This document shows positions 37,286 to 43,090 of a DNA stretch of 43,090 nucleotides, in pieces. Source of the DNA: Octopus bimaculoides (lineage: Eukaryota); the NCBI RefSeq assembly GCF_001194135.2, contig NC_068997.1, positions 23,615,998 through 23,659,087 of the forward strand, read 5' to 3'. The notes under the pieces were generated by a model, which searched no databases, had not been told where the DNA came from, and was given only the letters and a program-made list of their open reading frames with translations. Each line of letters begins with the position of its first letter. Within the stretch, counting starts at the first letter, position 1. Made by a program: the position numbers and the translations under genes.

Positions 37286-38999
37286 GTATATAAGCATATG
37301 TATTAACGTGTATATTCAGAAACGTTTAGACACACACGCACATATACATATATACTGATATACATACTTATTTGTGAGTATATATGTGAGTATATGCGTT
37401 GTTATATACGTATACGTAAGTGTGTTTTTGGGTGGGTGTATGTGTGTAAGATACTCCTAGATCTATCAGCAATAATCCTTAAATTAGATGTTTAGTAGAG
37501 ACTTTGATTGAGAAAAGCGAAGGCTACCACCAGAGCTATCTTCTACCTACACATGGTTGCTAGATCAACTGAGGCAACGTAAAATCTAAGATTCCAAAGC
37601 GGGAGTCTTCACACTGAACACAGCATCTATTAGTTTGTAGTACAATAGAGTATAACTTCCCGCCCTCCCCAACACATCTTCCTTACTCTTGTTGCAGTTT
37701 TTCACGCCATATATCATTAGAATTTCGACAGCTTCGAATGACGTCATTTTTGAAAGTGAATTCGAAATTTCCACGTTAACTCTTAATAGTTTTTCTCTTT
37801 CTTCTTTTCCCTTCTTCCTCGACTTCTTATTCTTCTTTTGTTTCTCTTCTTTTGTAGTTCCTCTTTACAATTTTTTTTTTATTTAGATTATTATATATTT
37901 GATTTTAACACCCGTATTTCTAACTGAGCCTCTGTCTAACTCTTTCTTTCATTTTGAAGAAAATTTTAACATTTTTAATTCTTGTATTTTGTTAATTTCT
38001 TTATATTCATTTATAATTTTTTCGTCTGTGTTTTATTTATCTCATTAATATTTTATTTTATTTTTTTTTGCATTTTAATTTCTCCATTGTCATTCTTTCA
38101 CGCTAAATTCATTTTCCTTTTGGGCATTTTTTAAATGTTTTTCTTTTAAAAAAATTATTTTGACTTTTCATACCGAGGTCCTTTTTAATATTTTTTTGTT
38201 TTTTTTCTTCTTTTTTTACCTTTCAATATATTTACATAAAATATGTGCATATTTCCTAATATGCATCTATGAATACATTCACATATCTATAAACACAAAC
38301 ACACACACACACACATACACACATCCACACAAGCAAAATAATGTATTCTATAGACAAATACATACAACACGTAACTTGAATATCAGCATTATGTTCTTAC
38401 AAATATATTTCCTGAATTTCATTGAAATATTCAACAAAATAGAAACGCTCTTTTGCTTCAGTGACTTAAGTTCTCTTTGTTGGAATTTAGACAACGATAA
38501 TCAGTCTTGACATATAATAAAAGAAAAAAACATAGAAAGTTTTTTTTTCAAAAAGCAAACAAACAAAAGCAATTCTTGCATTGGGGTCGGAACTTATCAT
38601 ATTCCCAAATGAGTACACGGTAATCATGGGTTCTTGTCCAATACTATCAATTCCTAGGACCTCGTGACAATATTCAATTGTATTTGTGTTTGTGTATACA
38701 CGATGATATCCATAAAGCGAAAGAAATGATTAATTAGCAGATTTGAGCATGTTCAAATATGTAAAGAAATTCATATCTAAAATGGCGGTTATGTCAAGAG
38801 AATACCAGCAGTTAGTTTTGCATTCAAGCAACTTACAATACGTTACAAAAACATAAATATGCTGTTAAACTTTAGATCGGCACAACAAGGTTCAAAGTCG
38901 AAATTCAGACGGGAAGGGCGAGATTTTAAATAAGATATCATTCATAGTGTTCCTAGAAGCAGAAATCCTGAATTTTAGTCTATTAGCATGCCACTTTGT

Positions 39000-39250
39000 G
39001 GAGGCGCGTGGCTTAGTGGTTAGGGTGTCAGCACTATGATCGTAAGATTGTGGTTTTGATTCAAGGACCGGGCGACGCGCTGTGTTCTTGAGTAAAACAC
39101 TTCATTTCAGGTTGCTCCAGTCCACTCAGCTGGCAAAAATGAGAGTAAAGCTGCGATGGACTGGCGTCCCATCCAGCTGGAAAACACATACGCCATTGAA
39201 ACCTGGAAACCGGGCCCATGAGCCAGCTAGGCTTTAAAAAGGCGCATTTA
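39000..39250 (+). mobile_element. tRNA-derived SINE, family B
   Basis: A-box TGGCTTAGTGGT (39009-39020) and degenerate B-box GGTTTTGATTC (39052-39062) are followed by TTGAGTAAAACACTTCATTTCAGGTTGCTCCAGTCCACTCAGCTGG. The first ~135 bp are homologous to 27043-27163. No TSD was found and the 3' end is approximate. Confidence 0.8.
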
Positions 39251-39290
39251 TTTACTTATAGTGGGTCACTTGAAATGATACTTTTTCTAG

Positions 39291-39377
39291 CGGTTTCTTT
39301 TGTCGAACCACTAAGCTTCGGACACGAAAGCACACCAACACTGGTCGTCAAGCGGCGGTGGCGGCGGCGGGACAAAC

Positions 39378-39424
<47 letters not shown>

Positions 39425-39592
39425 GATATGTATATGCATATATACGACGGGCTACCTTCCGTTTCCGTCTACCAATTATACTCACATGGCTTTGGTCGGC
39501 CCCAGGCTATACTAAAATTCACTTGCTTTAAGTTACGCGCTGTAGGTCTGAACTCCGAACCATGCAATTAGGAATCAAGCTTCTTACCACAC
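39291..39592 (-). mobile_element. Family C SINE, 3'-truncated copy
   Basis: It shares TTCTTACCACAC, GCTTTGGTCGGCCC, TTCCGTCTACCAA, the internal (CA)n, CACACCAAC...AAGCGG and TTTTG.CGAACC.CTAAG with 20609-21072. Confidence 0.75.
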
Positions 39593-39821
39593 AACCAATA
39601 CTCATATTAGAACGCTCATATAAACTAATAGTTTGGATCGCAGTTGATGGAGATGCTGCTATTGATTATATTGGTAACAATTTGAGATTCTTGATCATAC
39701 AGATAGTCCAACCATGACCGACCATTTTCTTTTCTATGCCAAGGAACATATTGCTTAGGGCTAAGTTATTTTATCATTTAGACTTCATTGCACAACGAAT
39801 CTATCATTTGTTAATATGAGA

Positions 39822-40036
39822 GGCGGCGAGCTGGCAGAAAGTTTAGCACGCCGGGTGAAATGCTTAGCGGTATTTCGTCTGCTTTTACGTACTGAGTTCA
39901 AATTCCGCCGAGGTTGACTTTGCCTTTCATCCTTTCGGGGTCGATAAATTAAGTGCCAGTGGCGTACTGGGGTCGATCTAATCGACTGGCCCCCTCCTCG
40001 AAAATTTAGGACCTTGTGCCTAGAGTAGAAAAGAAT
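39822..40036 (+). mobile_element. tRNA-derived SINE, family A, full-length monomer with target-site duplication
   Basis: The head GGCGGCGAGCTGGCAGAAAGTTTAGCA carries a Pol III A-box-like motif, followed by B-box GAGTTCAAATTCC, core GCCTTTCATCCTTTCGGGGTCGATAAATTAAGT and tail CCTTGTGCCTAGAGTAGAAAAGAAT. The direct repeat AATATGAGAGG lies at 39813-39823 and 40034-40044. Homologous copies occur at 24602-24998, 24333-24484 and 42851-43007. Confidence 0.9.
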
Positions 40037-40319
40037 ATGAGAGGATGGATACGATAAATCTAGCAATAACACAGTAGCTACCATGTTGGTTTTGTTGCTG
40101 CTGATTTCACCGATCTTGCTCTTTAAACTTAAAACTCGGTGAGTTCTGAATGCGCTATCTGTCGATGACTATGTTATATAGGACTAGACTACGTATATCT
40201 AGCATTTAATGTTTTTAAGGCATTTTTTCATTTATATGTAGCACTAGATATACAGAGCATCCAACCTTCCTTAATGTGGAAGAGTGTAATTTCAATGAAT
40301 TTTCTTGCTTTTCTCACAG

Positions 40320-40720
40320 GTTCAGTTACCGCTGAGAGTACCCAGCTACTCTTGTACTACTGCTCCTGTTGTTATTGTTATTTGACACAAGAGAAACCCG
40401 GATCGAACTGGCCCTGTTCAAATGCGTCCAATCCATGATTATGTCGTCTATTTTTTGTGTTTTGGTTTTACATTTAAATTTATTGTATATGTAGGACTGT
40501 AATATCTGTATATCGTCTTCACCATTAACGCAAAGTATTTTGGAGGAGATTTGGTTGTTATTTGTGTAATTATTTCTTAGTAATAGTACACATGACCTCA
40601 CGGAAGACTTCAAAGATGATTCCTTCAATAGCAACAACAAGCCTTGCTGCTTGGCCAGCAGTATATGAATATAGATACATTAAGATTAAGAGAATAAAAA
40701 AGGATACTAATTTTAAAAGA
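40320..40720 (+). other. Candidate terminal exon / 3' UTR
   Basis: Strong acceptor TTTTCTTGCTTTTCTCACAG at 40319. All three phases reach a stop within 40 codons. AATAAA is at 40693-40698. Confidence 0.25.
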
Positions 40721-42218
40721 TACACCATTAATTCTCAAGGATTGCTCATTTATATGGAATAACAGGAATGAAAGTGTAGTAGCTTAGGAAGAAACTGGGA
40801 GATATTCCTTCATGACTGATAATATAACGAAGTTAGCAAGCCAAGGATTGTAGAGAAAGTATAATGAGGGCTTTAATCGGAAATTCCGATTCAGGAAAGT
40901 CACAAGTGACATCCCTTCAACTTCAGTTAATTAAAAGTTATTAATTACAATATTACATACGTGGGCATACAAATATTTCGTAAGGTACAAAAGTTGTGTA
41001 TATGATTAGGATCCCAAGTTAAATATATAGTGAAAGATAAAGAAACGTAGCAACGCAGATATGTAGATATGTAGATAGAAAGATAGCCATACACACACAC
41101 ATACGCACCCTACTGTGCATACGTGTGTATATGTGTGTCTGTGTGTGAGTGCATGTATGTATATAAGCATGTACGTATGATTGTATATGTACGTTTAGGC
41201 GTTGTGTATGCGTAACAGAGAGAGAGAGAGAAAATGAAAGAAAGAAAGAAAGAAAGAAAGAAGGAAGGAAGGAAGGAAGGAAGAAAGAAAGAAAAGAAGG
41301 AAGAGACGAAAGAACGAAAGAAATAGTGAGAGCAAAGTTAAATCTTTCTAATATATATTTTCCCATTTCTCCAAGAGAAAATGCATATACAAGNNNNNNN
41401 NNNNNNNNNNNNNNNNNNNNNNNNNNNNNNNNNNNNNNNNNNNNNNNNNNNNNNNNNNNNNNNNNNNNNNNNNNNNNNNNNNNNNNNNNNNNNNNNNNNN
41501 NNNNNNNNNNNNNNNNNNNNNNNNNNNNNNNNNNNNNNNNNNNNNNNNNNNNNNNNNNNNNNNNNNNNNNNNNNNNNNNNNNNNNNNNNNNNNNNNNNNN
41601 NNNNNNNNNNNNNNNNNNNNNNNNNNNNNNNNNNNNNNNNNNNNNNNNNNNNNNNNNNNNNNNNNNNNNNNNNNNNNNNNNNNNNNNNNNNNNNNNNNNN
41701 NNNNNNNNNNNNNNNNNNNNNNNNNNNNNNNNNNNNNNNNNNNNNNNNNNNNNNNNNNNNNNNNNNNNNNNNNNNNNNNNNNNNNNNNNNNNNNNNNNNN
41801 NNNNNNNNNNNNNNNNNNNNNNNNNNNNNNNNNNNNNNNNNNNNNNNNNNNNNNNNNNNNNNNNNNNNNNNNNNNNNNNNNNNNNNNNGAAGAATCATAA
41901 TCATCACCAAGGTATATAATTCTGGTTTTTATTTTTGTAGCTTGCAGCCATTTGCTTTACCAGAAAATATGAGTGAGAAAACTACAGACAAAGAGAGTGG
42001 TAGAGAGAGGAAGGTGACAGAAAGAGAGGGGGAGTAGAATGAATGAGAAGAGGATAGATAGATAGAAATAGACCGTGAGGGAGAGAGAGAGAGAGAAAGA
42101 GAGAGGCACACACAGAGGGGGAGAGTAAGAGAGAGAGAGAGAGAGAGAGAGACAGCAGGCGAGATGAGCAAAAGACAGTGTATATGAATGTCTGTACACC
42201 AAAAAATAGCAAGCCAAT

Positions 42219-42305
<87 letters not shown>

Positions 42306-42443
42306 TATATATATATATATGTATACAAACATGTATATATATGTGTGTGTGTGTGTGTGTAGCATATATAAGAAAAAAGAGGTATTCATGCTAGTTAGTT
42401 ATATAGATGAAAATTCACACTCATATAACAAGAAAAACTGAAG

Positions 42444-42488
<45 letters not shown>

Positions 42489-42795
42489 NNNNNNNNNNAT
42501 ATACACATACATACATGCATACACACATATATAGACATATAGATATGTGCACACACATATATATTATATATATATGTAAGTATATATACATGTGTATGCT
42601 TACATATGTGTGTGTATGCGTGTATATATTACATCATGCATGTGTATTTGTGTGTATGTGTGTAAAACGTAGACGAGAGTTTGAGATCCTAAGATAGAAA
42701 GAAACTGCATTACACACACAAAGTATTTATTTATATATATGTGAGTGTGTATGTGTATGCATATATATCGATATCTCTATCTATCTATCTATCTA

Positions 42796-42848
<53 letters not shown>

Positions 42849-42850
42849 GT

Positions 42851-43007
42851 TTCAAATTTGGGCACAAGGGTTAGCAATTGGGTGGAAGAGGTTAGACGAT
42901 TACATACATCCCAGTGCTCAATTGGAACTCCTTTTACCAGCTCCGAAATGATGAAATGTAAATTCAGCCTCAAAGGAACTTGAGCTCAGATCGTAAGGAC
43001 GCACGAA
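42851..43007 (-). mobile_element. Degenerate, 5'-truncated family A SINE
   Basis: The reverse complement reads ...CTGAGCTCAAGTTCC...TTTCATCATTTCGGAG...GAGCACTGGG...AATCG...CCTTGTGCCCAAATTTGAA. This is colinear with the B-box, core and tail of family A. Confidence 0.65.
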
Positions 43008-43090
43008 TATGTACGTATATATGTACGTATATATATATGTACGTATATATATAAATACATATATTCATATATATGTACACACACATATAT

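Overview
This is AT-rich, microsatellite-saturated eukaryotic DNA, not prokaryotic, so no operons or CRISPR arrays are expected or seen. About 15% (~6.4 kb, 18 runs of N) is assembly gap, and most gaps are bordered by (TA)n. The SINE sequences, repeat density and gap pattern resemble an octopus/cephalopod draft genome; this is inferred from recall, not from a search. I recognise no protein-coding gene, tRNA or rRNA. Almost all ORFs in the supplied track are microsatellite or N-gap read-throughs. Well-supported content: (1) about 10 copies of tRNA-derived SINEs from at least 3 families, including an intact copy with an 11-bp target-site duplication (TSD) and a head+body+body dimer flanked by one TSD; (2) two long fold-back, MITE-like inverted repeats, one 80/82 identical and one apparently nested in an old SINE; (3) many simple repeats. 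Weaker signals: candidate spliced exons (22273-22402 plus 22462-22513, a 21-nt microexon at 19575-19595, a terminal exon at 40320, opposing exon signals at 10660-10940), a 50-aa transmembrane-like smORF, two clusters of predicted RNA hairpins, and a few enhancer/promoter-like motif clusters. The window most likely represents intronic or intergenic sequence around a large gene. I found no convincing novel multi-gene system. The best leads are SINE modularity/dimerisation and potential dsRNA (ADAR) substrates.
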